Assembly (NCBI GenBank): GCA_019058315.1
Contig: JAHPZH010000001.1
Location: 96,001-160,000 of the forward strand
Length of the DNA stretch: 64,000 bases
Direction of reading: 5' to 3'
Source of the DNA: Candidatus Helarchaeota archaeon
Lineage (GTDB): Archaea > Asgardarchaeota > Lokiarchaeia > Helarchaeales > RDOG01
The notes beneath the pieces were generated by a model. The model worked only from the letters and a program-made list of their open reading frames with translations, ran no database searches and was not told the DNA's origin. Positions 27,901 through 37,260 of this stretch are shown here, one piece after another (within the stretch, counting starts at the first letter, position 1; the number at the start of each line of letters is the position of its first letter). The translations under genes were made by a program, and so were the position numbers.

Positions 27901-28464
27901 ATAACTAGTATCAAAAACCGTTATATTAGCGATTGCCGAGACTCCATAATAAGTAGTAGCATCTAATTCTATAGTTTTACTTGCTGATTCTAACCATGTT
28001 GCACTATCGCTTAGACTAACATTGTCATGTGCAACAATAGTATCACCATTTTGAACTAGAATAATACCCAATGTATAATTACTTTCAACTGTGCTAAATG
28101 TAAAATTCCCTATGAATATACTAGTATTATATCCAGTTTCTATTAAATCAATTATGATACCAATAGAATCACTAGAACTATTTACGAATATCCACGCAGT
28201 ATCATTGGCTCCCTCATCAAAATTATATAATTCCTCATTTAGGGTTATGGTAGCAACTGCACTCGTTCCATAATAAACTTCAGCATCTAAATTAAGTGTT
28301 CCCCTAATTTCCATGGTATAACTATCATTTTCATAAGGCATAGAAAGTATTGAACTATTTAAATTACTTGAAGAGATCAAATTTGCAAAACTTATGAAAA
28401 ATATTACTGTTATTGTAAAAGTCAAAGCTATCTTAAGTCTTTTATTTTTCATTTTACTCACCAA
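24982..28464 (-). CDS. large single-pass cell-surface protein: 7 Ig-like repeats + Ig/FN3 + TM + cytoplasmic helical domain
   Basis: Signal-like N-terminus, ETG.TTG.F.G repeats, FN3-like 'ITISW...Y.YEIIPVD', poly-Ile TM, K-rich stop-transfer, C-terminal 'KELASLSPKER'. Confidence 0.85.
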   Translation of the reverse strand: MVSKMKNKRLKIALTFTITVIFFISFANLISSSNLNSSILSMPYENDSYTMEIRGTLNLDAEVYYGTSAVATITLNEELYNFDEGANDTAWIFVNSSSDSIGIIIDLIETGYNTSIFIGNFTFSTVESNYTLGIILVQNGDTIVAHDNVSLSDSATWLESASKTIELDATTYYGVSAIANITVFDTSYNLNPTILDIVNVSVNSSTDITGISVQLTETGVNTSYFTGFFTFSTIVSNDPADIIWAQDGDTIMAIHDNVTDTATWVETVTGTIILDEVQYYGTAAIAVIAVSDSDLDITGAPDSVGVDVYSTSDIVGINVQLIETGPTTGVFMGTFTFSTTASNDPLDIILALDGDIITTRYNDSHTVTGMPAQTLDSAIWIATVTGTIDLDSPTYVGSGAIATITVVDSDLDVTGAMDYVDVNVNSTSDPTGIVVRLDETGATTGIFIGSFTFNNTSSNDAADIIWAQDGDTIMSMYNDSHTITGAFAQPKDTAIWIDTVTITLDLDSTYYYGTAAIATITVIDSSYNLNSTIIENVNVTVNSTSDNPGIMVQLFETAVNSAIFSGTFTFSTTSSNDPLDIIWAQDGDTIMVIHDSLNDTAIWIETVTGIVNLDSATYYGTDAVANIMLNDSDLDISASPDNATVLVNSSSDVGGIYVQLTEIGSTTGIFMGNFTFSSNFSSDLLDIIRAQDGDIIMVIYNDLYDVTGASAQMVDTATWIETVTGSITLDSTAYYGTGTVAMITVIDSDLDTTGGNDYVDVNVNSSSDNSGIIVQLGETGPTTGIFTGNFTFSTSSSNDPSDIILVQVGDTVMVIYNDTHTITGESARVLDIATWDTDSINPSIVLDSPQNETVLNKPAFIYLTITDDNLDISTVEWRANVTQLTWTNSFVGSFDIDLSSFNSDQVVQFWIRANDTFGNQNITTIILTFDDTPPTKPTYKSVIIQSGNITISWFPSADNNSVNYIIRRDGEYLGITSLTYYMDLNASKKKYTYEIIPVDEANNTGESLIIKIKIKGPFRIPWIPPPNNTITIIIIIIGIVGASAGTVGVIVIRKRQTSTQQKISKQKLAKKKKKIDSLAPRMEHKKDSSANLEFLLNRLKKEKYLTDLKRDISFLSEDEVIRILKLNIPDNAEKATILKELASLSPKEREEFLRYLENIK
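25960..28299 (-). repeat. seven tandem ~100-115 aa intragenic repeats
   Basis: Units begin TLNLD/TIELD/TIILD/TIDLD/TLDLD/IVNLD/SITLD, then Y.G..A.ITV.D...SD..GI.V.L.ETG...F.G.FTF...DII..QDGD. Confidence 0.9.
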
Positions 28465-28514
28465 AACGAAGATAAGTCATTATCCTATCTTATTACTAAT
28501 TTCCGATTTTTTCT

Positions 28515-28537
28515 CTTATAAATGCGTTTGGTTCAAT
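28515..28537 (-). promoter_or_regulatory. putative promoter (TATA plus conserved upstream motif) of surface protein 1
   Basis: Minus strand reads ATTGAACCAAACGCATTTATAAG; 18/23 identical to 32445..32467. Confidence 0.5.
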
Positions 28538-28767
28538 ATTTCTTTTAAGGAAATAGTATATCTAATTTAAATAATGGTGTTTAAGCCAATTATGGACATA
28601 ATCTATAAAAAAATGTTTAAATTAACTATTTTAAATTAAAATTACATAAATATTAAATTAATCAAATTATTTAATTTCATTTAAAAATGAAAATTCATCA
28701 AATTTTAATTGAAATTAAAAAATATCTAGTTTTGGATATTAAAAAAAATGAACAATGAAAATACTTA

Positions 28768-29517
28768 TTATTTAGTAATTAATCCCCAATCTCCCTTTGA
28801 AATTATGTTATTGTTATTTATACATTTTAGAGTTTCTATTTCTCTGTACTTTTTTATTTTTACTTCTGGAACTTTTAATATTTTTAATATTGGCTCAATT
28901 TTTTCCATTTTTCCAAAATATCTTAGAGTATCTTTTTCTAATGCTCCAAATACTAAATCTAGCGATTGTAGATTAAAAGTAATATTCTCAACAACTTCCG
29001 CCTTTATTTTAGCGTTCTTTGCTAATGTATTTAAATCAATACCAGGCTCTAATAAAATATTTTTTAAAACTCTCAAAAAACTTACATCCCTAAGCATAAA
29101 AATGGATTTAAATAATTCAGGATTAATTTTAAAATTAAAATAGGTTATTTTATTGCTAATTTTATTTTTTCTAATAAAACCAAATTCTTCAAGCATTTCT
29201 AAATGCCAAATAGTTTGATGAATTGATAAATCCAGAGTTCTTTGAATTTCTCTAAAATGAGAGCCAGGGTTACTGGAAATATATTCAAAAATTTTATTCC
29301 TTATTTGATTTTTGAGGGCTGTATCTTTTGTAATTTTAGATCCTTTAACTAATATTCTTTTTGAAAATAGTTGGTAAATGGCTTGACTAATTTCACTATT
29401 ATCATATCTTAAATTCAAAATTGATATAGTATATAATCTTTCAATATTTATTGGACCTATTTTCAATAATTTTTTAGCCAATTTTAAAACTGATCTCTCG
29501 ATTGGTGAAAGGTTCAA
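28768..29517 (-). CDS. double winged-HTH regulator (paralogue of 24190)
   Basis: Colinear with 24190..24939 (LYTISILNL.Y...EI.QAIY.LFSK, PG.H.R.IQR.L, WHL..LE, ILLEPGI). A possible ATA start lies at 29526. Confidence 0.8.
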   Translation of the reverse strand: MNLSPIERSVLKLAKKLLKIGPINIERLYTISILNLRYDNSEISQAIYQLFSKRILVKGSKITKDTALKNQIRNKIFEYISSNPGSHFREIQRTLDLSIHQTIWHLEMLEEFGFIRKNKISNKITYFNFKINPELFKSIFMLRDVSFLRVLKNILLEPGIDLNTLAKNAKIKAEVVENITFNLQSLDLVFGALEKDTLRYFGKMEKIEPILKILKVPEVKIKKYREIETLKCINNNNIISKGDWGLITK

Positions 29518-29573
29518 TTGGCTTATTTTATATTCACCTCAAAATTAATTACGTTTAAAAATTAAAAAAATTT

Positions 29574-32369
29574 TCAATTATCTTGAAAATTTTCGAGTGC
29601 TTCTATTAATTTTCTTCTTTTTTTTGGATTTAAATTTGCTAATTCCTCTAATATTAGTGTTATATCTGAAAAATTAAAAATATTTAATTGTAAAATTCTT
29701 TTTAATTCGTCATTAGATACTACAGTAATTTCTTGCTTGAAATTATCTAAATAATTTTCTTCTTTAAGATTTTTAAATAAACTATTAAGAGCAGCAACAT
29801 TATCCGTCCCAAATTTTGTTCGAGGAATTAATAAACTCATTCCTTTCTTTCCTTTTTTTCTTTTATCCAACTTTAACTTTTTTCCTTTTGTTGGAATGAT
29901 ATTTCGTCTTTTTCGTATTATTAAAACACTTGAACCACAAACAGCGCTTCCTACTATCCCTAAGATTATTATTATGATAATTTTACCATTGTCTGGAGGA
30001 GGAAACAGAAATGGGGGGAGCTTAATTGGACCAATAATTCTGAATTTAATTATTAGTGCCTCACCTGTATTATTTGCTTCATCGACTGGAATTATTTCAT
30101 ATTTATATTTTCCATGGCTTAAATTCTCAAGTTCTCTATAATAATTTAAAGTTGTATTTCCCAAGTATAGACCATTTCTCCAAATTTGGTAAAATACAAC
30201 ATTATTATCTGAAGAGGCAGTCCATGAGAGAGTAATATTACCTTGCTGAATTGTTATTGCTGGATTCGTAGGTTTAGTTGGAGAAGTATCATCAAATGTT
30301 AAAATAATAGTTATTGAACTCTGAGTTCCGACTATATCACTTGCTCTTATCCAAAATTGAATTACTTGGTCACTTGTAAAACTTGATAAACCAATATCAT
30401 AAGAACCAATAAAAGAATTAGTCCAGCTGGTTTGGGTTACATTTGCTTTCCATTCTACAGAAGAAGAGTTCAAATTATCATCAGTTATAGTCAGATTAAT
30501 ATAAGCAGGTTTATTTATTACTGTTGCGTTCATAGGTGAGTTCAAGATAATTGAAGGTGCTGTATTATTAATTGCAGAAATAATACCTACATTAAGCAAC
30601 AAATCTGTTTTATATCTTCTATATTCAAGTTTTGCTCTTTCAAGATCTGAAACATTATCAAACATATCATAAATAAATCTAAAATTATAAGGTTCCGTAG
30701 CTAGTAGATCCCCTTCACTAGCCGTGATGCCACCACCACACACTCCCAGTTCAGTATAAGATGATATGTCATTATAATACATATAAGGTGTAGTTCCAAA
30801 TGAAGAAAGAGGATCAACAAATTCTTTTCTTGGTAAATAAGCCCAAAATCCTCCATGTGTCTGCGAAGCAACCATAACATAATCTGGAAGTCCCTCATTA
30901 GAAGCAGGCGGAACTTGACCTGGATCTAATGTCGGGTTTCCTCCGTTTTGTAAATCATCATCTGTGTCACTACCATTAAAATATAGATATTTTTCATTAC
31001 TAATTGTATAATTGGGATTGGCATCTCCAGGAGTATATCCAGGATAACCTCCGGGATTACCACCAAGAACTGCAGAAAAATCGTCTCTTATGGAAGAATT
31101 AATTCTGATAGTCTCTAAATAAAGACATATAGGGTCATAAGTGACACTAAGACCTACTTCGGGAAGATCTATTTCTATTTTGGTTTCACTTGTTTGTTCC
31201 ATATTATTATAAAAATGATTCTCCAGCGTAGCGTGAATGTATACATCTACATCTACCGAAAAAACGGTCAAACCAACATGTATATATGTCTGTTTCAATA
31301 AAATAACACGGATAGGACCATTCTTAATTGCCAATCGGTCGCCTTCTGTATCCCAACCAACCCAACCTCGGGTATTTGAAGGATCTGGCGAAGATAGTTG
31401 AATAGCTTCTTCATTTGGATTATCTATTCCACATGCTGTACCATTGTAATATATTCCAGACCAATTGCCATGTGTCATCAAATCCAAATGAAATGTTCCA
31501 AAAATGGGAATATTAATCTGAACTGACCCAAAGCTTTTCGAACCTTCTTCTAATATATCCATTCCATCAGAACTTGGAGATAATATTCTTAATAAATTCC
31601 GAATATCTGGATCATAAGCATCAAAACTTGTTTGATAAGTTTGAGTAGTTATAGTCAAATTGGATGGATCCCAATTCACATAACTTTCATATAGGGGTAT
31701 CCCTTGGCCGGTTTCATTATTATAATAAATATACATAAATGATTGCCCTCCATCAACAGGATCGGTTATGTTAATATTTATTCTATAAGGAAAATTCGAT
31801 TCATTCCACCAAACTGTAGATGGAACCCATTTCCCATTTTCTGCATAAAAACAAATTTCATCATCATAATCTATAGCATATGGTATTTGAAGTCCAGTAT
31901 CTCTACCATATGGATCAGTCGGTTCATAATTATTTGAACCATTTTGAGAAACATAAGTATAAGAATAATTAAGTATAGGTCCATTTTGCCATGTTAAAAT
32001 CCACCCCTTCTCATCTATTTGAAATGGAACTTCAATCCATTGATTTGAAGTATTATAGTATAAAATTCGAATGTGACTTTCATTCAAACCTTCTAAAGCA
32101 TTAAATATATACGGACTTTCAATCATTTGTATTATTATAGGATAACCAACCCTTGTTAAATTAGGATTATTTGCATCATTAGTAGTTAAATCAAGAATTT
32201 CTTCTTTAGGAATATTGATTTCGTTAGCCATATTATTATAATTAATAGGAGGTATAGTAATATTATAATTATAGAGAGAGATAATATTAGCAGTAGTAAA
32301 CAAAAATATTGCTGCAACCGTTAAAATTAGGGAAATTTTAAATTTTTTATTTTTCAAATTCTTCACCAT
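29574..32369 (-). CDS. large single-pass cell-surface protein with a unique ectodomain and a C-terminus shared with 24982..28464
   Basis: Signal-like N-terminus; 'W.EVPFQIDE' and 'IDYDDEICF' domain; last ~330 aa homologous to the other surface protein. Confidence 0.85.
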   Translation of the reverse strand: MVKNLKNKKFKISLILTVAAIFLFTTANIISLYNYNITIPPINYNNMANEINIPKEEILDLTTNDANNPNLTRVGYPIIIQMIESPYIFNALEGLNESHIRILYYNTSNQWIEVPFQIDEKGWILTWQNGPILNYSYTYVSQNGSNNYEPTDPYGRDTGLQIPYAIDYDDEICFYAENGKWVPSTVWWNESNFPYRININITDPVDGGQSFMYIYYNNETGQGIPLYESYVNWDPSNLTITTQTYQTSFDAYDPDIRNLLRILSPSSDGMDILEEGSKSFGSVQINIPIFGTFHLDLMTHGNWSGIYYNGTACGIDNPNEEAIQLSSPDPSNTRGWVGWDTEGDRLAIKNGPIRVILLKQTYIHVGLTVFSVDVDVYIHATLENHFYNNMEQTSETKIEIDLPEVGLSVTYDPICLYLETIRINSSIRDDFSAVLGGNPGGYPGYTPGDANPNYTISNEKYLYFNGSDTDDDLQNGGNPTLDPGQVPPASNEGLPDYVMVASQTHGGFWAYLPRKEFVDPLSSFGTTPYMYYNDISSYTELGVCGGGITASEGDLLATEPYNFRFIYDMFDNVSDLERAKLEYRRYKTDLLLNVGIISAINNTAPSIILNSPMNATVINKPAYINLTITDDNLNSSSVEWKANVTQTSWTNSFIGSYDIGLSSFTSDQVIQFWIRASDIVGTQSSITIILTFDDTSPTKPTNPAITIQQGNITLSWTASSDNNVVFYQIWRNGLYLGNTTLNYYRELENLSHGKYKYEIIPVDEANNTGEALIIKFRIIGPIKLPPFLFPPPDNGKIIIIIILGIVGSAVCGSSVLIIRKRRNIIPTKGKKLKLDKRKKGKKGMSLLIPRTKFGTDNVAALNSLFKNLKEENYLDNFKQEITVVSNDELKRILQLNIFNFSDITLILEELANLNPKKRRKLIEALENFQDN

Positions 32370-32444
32370 TATTGAATTCTTATATTTTAAATGGCAAAAA
32401 TATAAAATCCAGCATCTTATTTGATATAAAAATTTAATTTATTC

Positions 32445-32467
32445 TTTATAAATGGGTCTGGAACAAT
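32445..32467 (-). promoter_or_regulatory. putative promoter of surface protein 2
   Basis: Minus strand reads ATTGTTCCAGACCCATTTATAAA, matching 28515..28537. Confidence 0.5.
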
Positions 32468-32580
32468 CTAAAATTAAAAATTCAATAGCTTTACATCTAT
32501 TGATTATGTTTAGAAAGTGGAAAAAGAATAAAAATTGAAATCAGTTAAAATTTTTTCCTTAATTAGAAAATAAAAATGTT

Positions 32581-33237
32581 TTAGATATTCTTAAAATAAA
32601 ATTTTGAATTATTTAATAGTTCGAGAACTTCATTTTCATTTAAATCATACCAATGTTTATATGCCGAAGCTACTGCAAAATATCTTGTCCTTCTTATGTC
32701 AGGACAAATTAAATCATCTATTAAAGGACCGACTTTATCAACTGAACTTCCAGAAGCAGTAGGAACGGCAACAATAATTTTACTAATTGACCTTTTTTTA
32801 ATTGAATTAATTGCTGCTATCATAGTAAAACCAGAAGCAAGACCATCATCAACCAAAATCACATCCTTATCCGTAAGATCCAAAAATTTCTCGTCTGATT
32901 TATATAAAGAAATTCTATCTTTAATTTCCTTCATTGTCTTTTCAGCTTGCTTTTTAATTTGGTCTTCAGTTAGTCCTAAAGCCATTACTAAACCTTTATT
33001 TAAAATAATTTCTCCATCTCTTGTAATTGACCCAAAACCAGCTTCTGTATTCCACGGAATTTTGATTTTTCTAATAATGAGAATATCAAATGGTATTTTT
33101 AATATATCCGATATTTCCTTGGCAACAGGAACTCCACCATTTGGGATTGCTAGGATTACTGCATTTTTTAAATACAGTTCGTCTTTAAGTTTTTCAGCTA
33201 AAACCCTTCCAGCATGAAACCTAGTTTCATAAATCAT
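32581..33237 (-). CDS. phosphoribosyltransferase (type I PRTase)
   Basis: VILVDDGLASGFT PRPP loop, LAIPNGGVPV. Confidence 0.9.
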   Translation of the reverse strand: MIYETRFHAGRVLAEKLKDELYLKNAVILAIPNGGVPVAKEISDILKIPFDILIIRKIKIPWNTEAGFGSITRDGEIILNKGLVMALGLTEDQIKKQAEKTMKEIKDRISLYKSDEKFLDLTDKDVILVDDGLASGFTMIAAINSIKKRSISKIIVAVPTASGSSVDKVGPLIDDLICPDIRRTRYFAVASAYKHWYDLNENEVLELLNNSKFYFKNI

Positions 33238-33279
33238 TTGCTTTTAATCACCGAATTAAAAAATTGCTTATTGGACCTT

Positions 33280-34143
33280 TTAAAAAGGATCATATTTAGC
33301 AAAGAGAAATGGTATCATCTTCTCTTCGTCCAATTCTTTGAACTCCAAATCAAGAGATATTGAAGTATCGGCTTTTAAGTAAAAAGCACCAATGATTTCC
33401 GACGGTTTTAAAAGACATATGGGATCAAATGGTGATTCATGGAATCCCAACTTTACATTGTCCATTGACCGGAACGAATGAGTTTTATTTACCTTTGCCC
33501 ACAGCTTCATTAGGCGTGGTTTATAAGCATAGTATGGTCCGTCATGACCAAGAAGAGGCCCCATAACTTGATGAAGGTGGTAAGTTGGTTTCTCTAATAA
33601 TTCGGTAAGTATTCTTGAGTCAAGTTCTTTAGGCTCAATCTCTCCCTCTGCTTCAACAAGAGTAATCCCCCTTCGAATGGTTTTACAGGAAAATTTATTC
33701 CCATCTTTTTTGTATTCGAATTGACCTACCTTTTTCTGGGTTCCTATCATCTCGCGTCCCGCCATAGCACCAATATCAGACTCAATAAAGATTGCTATTG
33801 GATAAAATCCTACTGTCCCATTGAAGTCCGCGAAGGCTCCAGTGATATTCTCATAATAACCCATATTTAACCCATCATTACCTTTACCATCGTTTAGATT
33901 TAGCTGCTGTACGAATAAATTAAGCAAAGGCATTGCGGTCATAGTCTTTAAAGGTGGGGGAAGAAATTTCTGGATTATATCGATATCTTTTATTTTAAAA
34001 AGATACGCATAGTATTCAGCGTTAAATAATTCCCAGCGTAATCTTTTTGCCATAGCCTTACTTTCATCTGGATCAAGACCATAAAGAGGTTTTATTTCAT
34101 ATTTTGTTGGATTGGGGTTTGTTTTAAGTATCTCATACTTCAT
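33280..34143 (-). CDS. acetoacetate decarboxylase-like superfamily protein
   Basis: FLPPPL, Y.E, GREMIGTQKK (Schiff-base Lys region), SPFDP. Confidence 0.8.
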   Translation of the reverse strand: MKYEILKTNPNPTKYEIKPLYGLDPDESKAMAKRLRWELFNAEYYAYLFKIKDIDIIQKFLPPPLKTMTAMPLLNLFVQQLNLNDGKGNDGLNMGYYENITGAFADFNGTVGFYPIAIFIESDIGAMAGREMIGTQKKVGQFEYKKDGNKFSCKTIRRGITLVEAEGEIEPKELDSRILTELLEKPTYHLHQVMGPLLGHDGPYYAYKPRLMKLWAKVNKTHSFRSMDNVKLGFHESPFDPICLLKPSEIIGAFYLKADTSISLDLEFKELDEEKMIPFLFAKYDPF

Positions 34144-34358
34144 ACTGCTCTCCTTCTCAATATTTTTTAATTTGTTTTATTTAATGAAATAAAATATAAT
34201 TTCACTTTTTGTTTTTTGAAATTGATACTTTTATACTACATATAAAAATTTCTTATGAAAAATTAAAAAGAAATATAGTAAATAAAAAGTTACAAACAAA
34301 AAAATAAAACTTATCTTATTTTTATAACATATAATATAAAAAGAAGAGGTATGCATTT

Positions 34359-36602
34359 ATGGAAAATAAAGAACTAAGTCCAAATGAGGATGAAATAAAA
34401 TTTATTCGAACAACATCCACCTTTGATTGTGGAGGACGTTGTCCGATAAAACTTCATGTTAAAAATGACAAAATTCTCCGTGTTGAAGGAGATGATTATG
34501 AAATAGAGGATGAACAGCTTCGAGCCTGCTTGAGATGCCGTGCATTTCGCAAATATGTTCATCATCCAGAACGTTTAAAATATCCTCTTAAGAGGGTAGG
34601 ACCTAAGGGAGAAGGGAAATTTGAACAGATTTCATGGGATGAAGCTTATGAAATAATTGCTAATAAGCTAAAGCATGTAATTGAAAAATACGGAAACTCC
34701 AGCGTTTTCCTAGCTAGTGGTGGAGGTTTTTTGGGTTCCTTTCATGATGGTACTTTTGCAATGATGAGATTATTTAACCACCTTGGCGGTTTTGCCACCC
34801 ATTATGGAAATGTCTCATCTGAGGGTGCCGTTTGGGCGTGTTTAGCACAATATAATTCGGTTTTTGTAGGTCATAGTCGTGAAGATCTATTAAATTCAAA
34901 GCTTATTATACTGTGGGGATGGGATCCAGCAAGAATGATATCTGGGACTAATACTATGTACCATGTAATAAAAGCCAAGGAAGCTGGGGCGAAAGTTATT
35001 TGTATAGATCCAAAATACACCGATTCCGCTGTTGTATTAGCTAATCAATGGATTCCGATTTACCCAGGTACTGATGCAGCGATGATGGTTGCAATAGCTA
35101 ATGTTATGATTAAAGAGGGACTTCATGATCAAGCATTCCTTGATAAATATACTGTTGGATTCGATAAATTCAAAGATTATGTAATGGGAAAAGAGGATGA
35201 GGTAGAAAAAACACCTGAATGGGCTGAAAAAATCACTGGGGTGGATGCTTCGATAATAGAGCAACTGGCTCGGGAGTATGCAACTACTAAACCAGCTGCC
35301 CTAATGGATTGCCAAGGTCCAGCACGCAGTGCTATTGGTGAACAATATAATCGATGTGCCATGACTTTATGTGCAATGACTGGAAATGTAGGACGCCCTG
35401 GAGGAAGTGCTGGGGGAGGTTTAATGGGTATTCGCCCTGGTCATATGTTTTATGGTATGAGAATACCGCCTGGTAAGAATCCAGCAGAAGCAGGTGGACC
35501 AAAGGTAAGCAGATCCCTTAATTTAAAACTTCGCCTGGTTAAACGCGTTCATATTAATAAAATGTTTGATGCCATTGCTAAGGGTAAAGCTGGAGGCTAT
35601 CCGTTTGATGTTAAGTTTGCTTGGTTTGTCAATAATAATTTTTTAAACCAACTTGGTAATACGAATAAATCTGCTGAGGCATTGAAGAAACTCGATTTTA
35701 TGGTTGTTGCGGAGCTATTCTTAACACCCACAGCTAGATATGCAGATATTGTACTACCAGTAACCAGTGCTGCGGAAAAAAATGATTTAACTCGACCTTG
35801 GCCTTCTGGACCTTATTTTACATATGTAAACAAAGCCATTGAACCATTGGGTGAGTGTAAATCAGATTTGACAATCGCTGAAGAATTAGCTGAAAAACTC
35901 GGAATAGATAACTTTGAAAAATATGAGGAAGAAAAAACTCTTAAGAATTTTATTAAAGCGAGACCCGATACAGGTAGAGCGATGCCAAAACGTAAAGATC
36001 GGGAAAAATACAAAGAAACAGCTGTTCATAGACTCAAGTTATCTGAGCCTATCGTCGCATTCAAGGAACAAATTGAAGACCTCGAAAATCATCCTTTCGA
36101 TACTCCTTCTGGAAAGATTGAAATATTTTCTCAGAAAGCAGCTGATATAAAAAATCCACTTTGTCCTCCGATTCCAAAATACATTAGCACATGGGAAGAT
36201 AGAAATGATCCGCTATTTGAAAAATATCCTTTACAACTTTTATCTCCCCATCCCAGAAATAGGGTTCATTCCGAGTTATATAAAGTTAAATGGTTAGCAG
36301 AAGTTGAACCTCATGTTGCTTGGATTAATCCAGTCGATGCTGAACCTAGAGGAATTAAAGATGGGGATGAAATTTATGTATTTAATGATAGAGGGAAGAT
36401 CCTAATAAAAGCATGGCTTACTGAACGTATAATTCCTGGTGTTATAAGTATATCCGAAGGTGCTTGGTACGCCCCTGATGATAATGGCATTGATAGGGGT
36501 GGATGTGTAAATACTTTAACTAAAGATGCATATTCAGCTGGTGGGGCCTCAGCTTTAAAAACATGTCTTGTTCAAATAAGCAAAGTTCAAGGAGGAAAAT
36601 AA
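34359..36602 (+). CDS. molybdopterin oxidoreductase catalytic subunit, DmsA-like, no Tat signal
   Basis: DCGGRC...CLR, HPERLKYPLKRVG, ISWDEA, PGTDAA, TPTARYADIVLP, TPSGKIEI, HS, INP.DA..RGI. Confidence 0.9.
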   Translation: MENKELSPNEDEIKFIRTTSTFDCGGRCPIKLHVKNDKILRVEGDDYEIEDEQLRACLRCRAFRKYVHHPERLKYPLKRVGPKGEGKFEQISWDEAYEIIANKLKHVIEKYGNSSVFLASGGGFLGSFHDGTFAMMRLFNHLGGFATHYGNVSSEGAVWACLAQYNSVFVGHSREDLLNSKLIILWGWDPARMISGTNTMYHVIKAKEAGAKVICIDPKYTDSAVVLANQWIPIYPGTDAAMMVAIANVMIKEGLHDQAFLDKYTVGFDKFKDYVMGKEDEVEKTPEWAEKITGVDASIIEQLAREYATTKPAALMDCQGPARSAIGEQYNRCAMTLCAMTGNVGRPGGSAGGGLMGIRPGHMFYGMRIPPGKNPAEAGGPKVSRSLNLKLRLVKRVHINKMFDAIAKGKAGGYPFDVKFAWFVNNNFLNQLGNTNKSAEALKKLDFMVVAELFLTPTARYADIVLPVTSAAEKNDLTRPWPSGPYFTYVNKAIEPLGECKSDLTIAEELAEKLGIDNFEKYEEEKTLKNFIKARPDTGRAMPKRKDREKYKETAVHRLKLSEPIVAFKEQIEDLENHPFDTPSGKIEIFSQKAADIKNPLCPPIPKYISTWEDRNDPLFEKYPLQLLSPHPRNRVHSELYKVKWLAEVEPHVAWINPVDAEPRGIKDGDEIYVFNDRGKILIKAWLTERIIPGVISISEGAWYAPDDNGIDRGGCVNTLTKDAYSAGGASALKTCLVQISKVQGGK

Positions 36603-36604
36603 AA

Positions 36605-37165
36605 ATGCAACTTGGTATTTATTTTAATCAAACTCGGTGTACTGGTTGTAATGCTTGTCGAATCGCCTGTAAAGACTGGAATGACATTGAAGCTGGACCG
36701 GAGAACTGGATGAAAGTATTATATCATGAAGAGGGAAAACTTCCTAATATTTATGTCTGCTACATGATTAGACCTTGTTTTCACTGCATTGATCCTGTCT
36801 GTATTCCTGCATGTCCTATTAATGCAATAACAAAAAGAAAAGAAGATGGTATCGTAATCGTAGATAGTGATAAATGTATTGGTAAGGATGAGTGTGGCAA
36901 TAAATGTTTAAAAGCATGTCCATATGATGCTCCACAATTTGGAGCTGAAAAAAACTCAAAGATGAGAAAATGTACGTTTTGTATAGATCGAATAAAGGAT
37001 AACAAGAAACCAGAATGTATTGATGCTTGCCCAACCAGAGCGCTCGATTCCGGACCTTTAAATGAATTAAAAACAAAGTATGGCAATATTAATGAAACTA
37101 TAGGATTTAAATATTCAGAAAGATGCAAACCAGCTATTATTTTTAAGCCCAAAATCAAGAAATGA
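36605..37165 (+). CDS. dmsB: DmsB-like 4x[4Fe-4S] electron-transfer subunit
   Basis: CTGCNACRIAC, CFHCIDPVC..ACP, C..ACPY, KCTFC...CIDACP. GGAGG SD before ATG 36605. Confidence 0.88.
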   Translation: MQLGIYFNQTRCTGCNACRIACKDWNDIEAGPENWMKVLYHEEGKLPNIYVCYMIRPCFHCIDPVCIPACPINAITKRKEDGIVIVDSDKCIGKDECGNKCLKACPYDAPQFGAEKNSKMRKCTFCIDRIKDNKKPECIDACPTRALDSGPLNELKTKYGNINETIGFKYSERCKPAIIFKPKIKK

Positions 37166-37260
37166 AGAGCGAAATATCTGGTTAGATTTATACTAAGTCT
37201 TTTAATATAGTATTATTATTAAAAAGATTGTAATATTCCATCAAAAATATGTGATATATA

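Noticed and set aside
25960-28299. CRISPR array or mobile-element repeats
   Set aside because: The repeats are ~300-350 nt, degenerate, in-frame and protein-coding; there are no spacers, cas genes or transposase genes.
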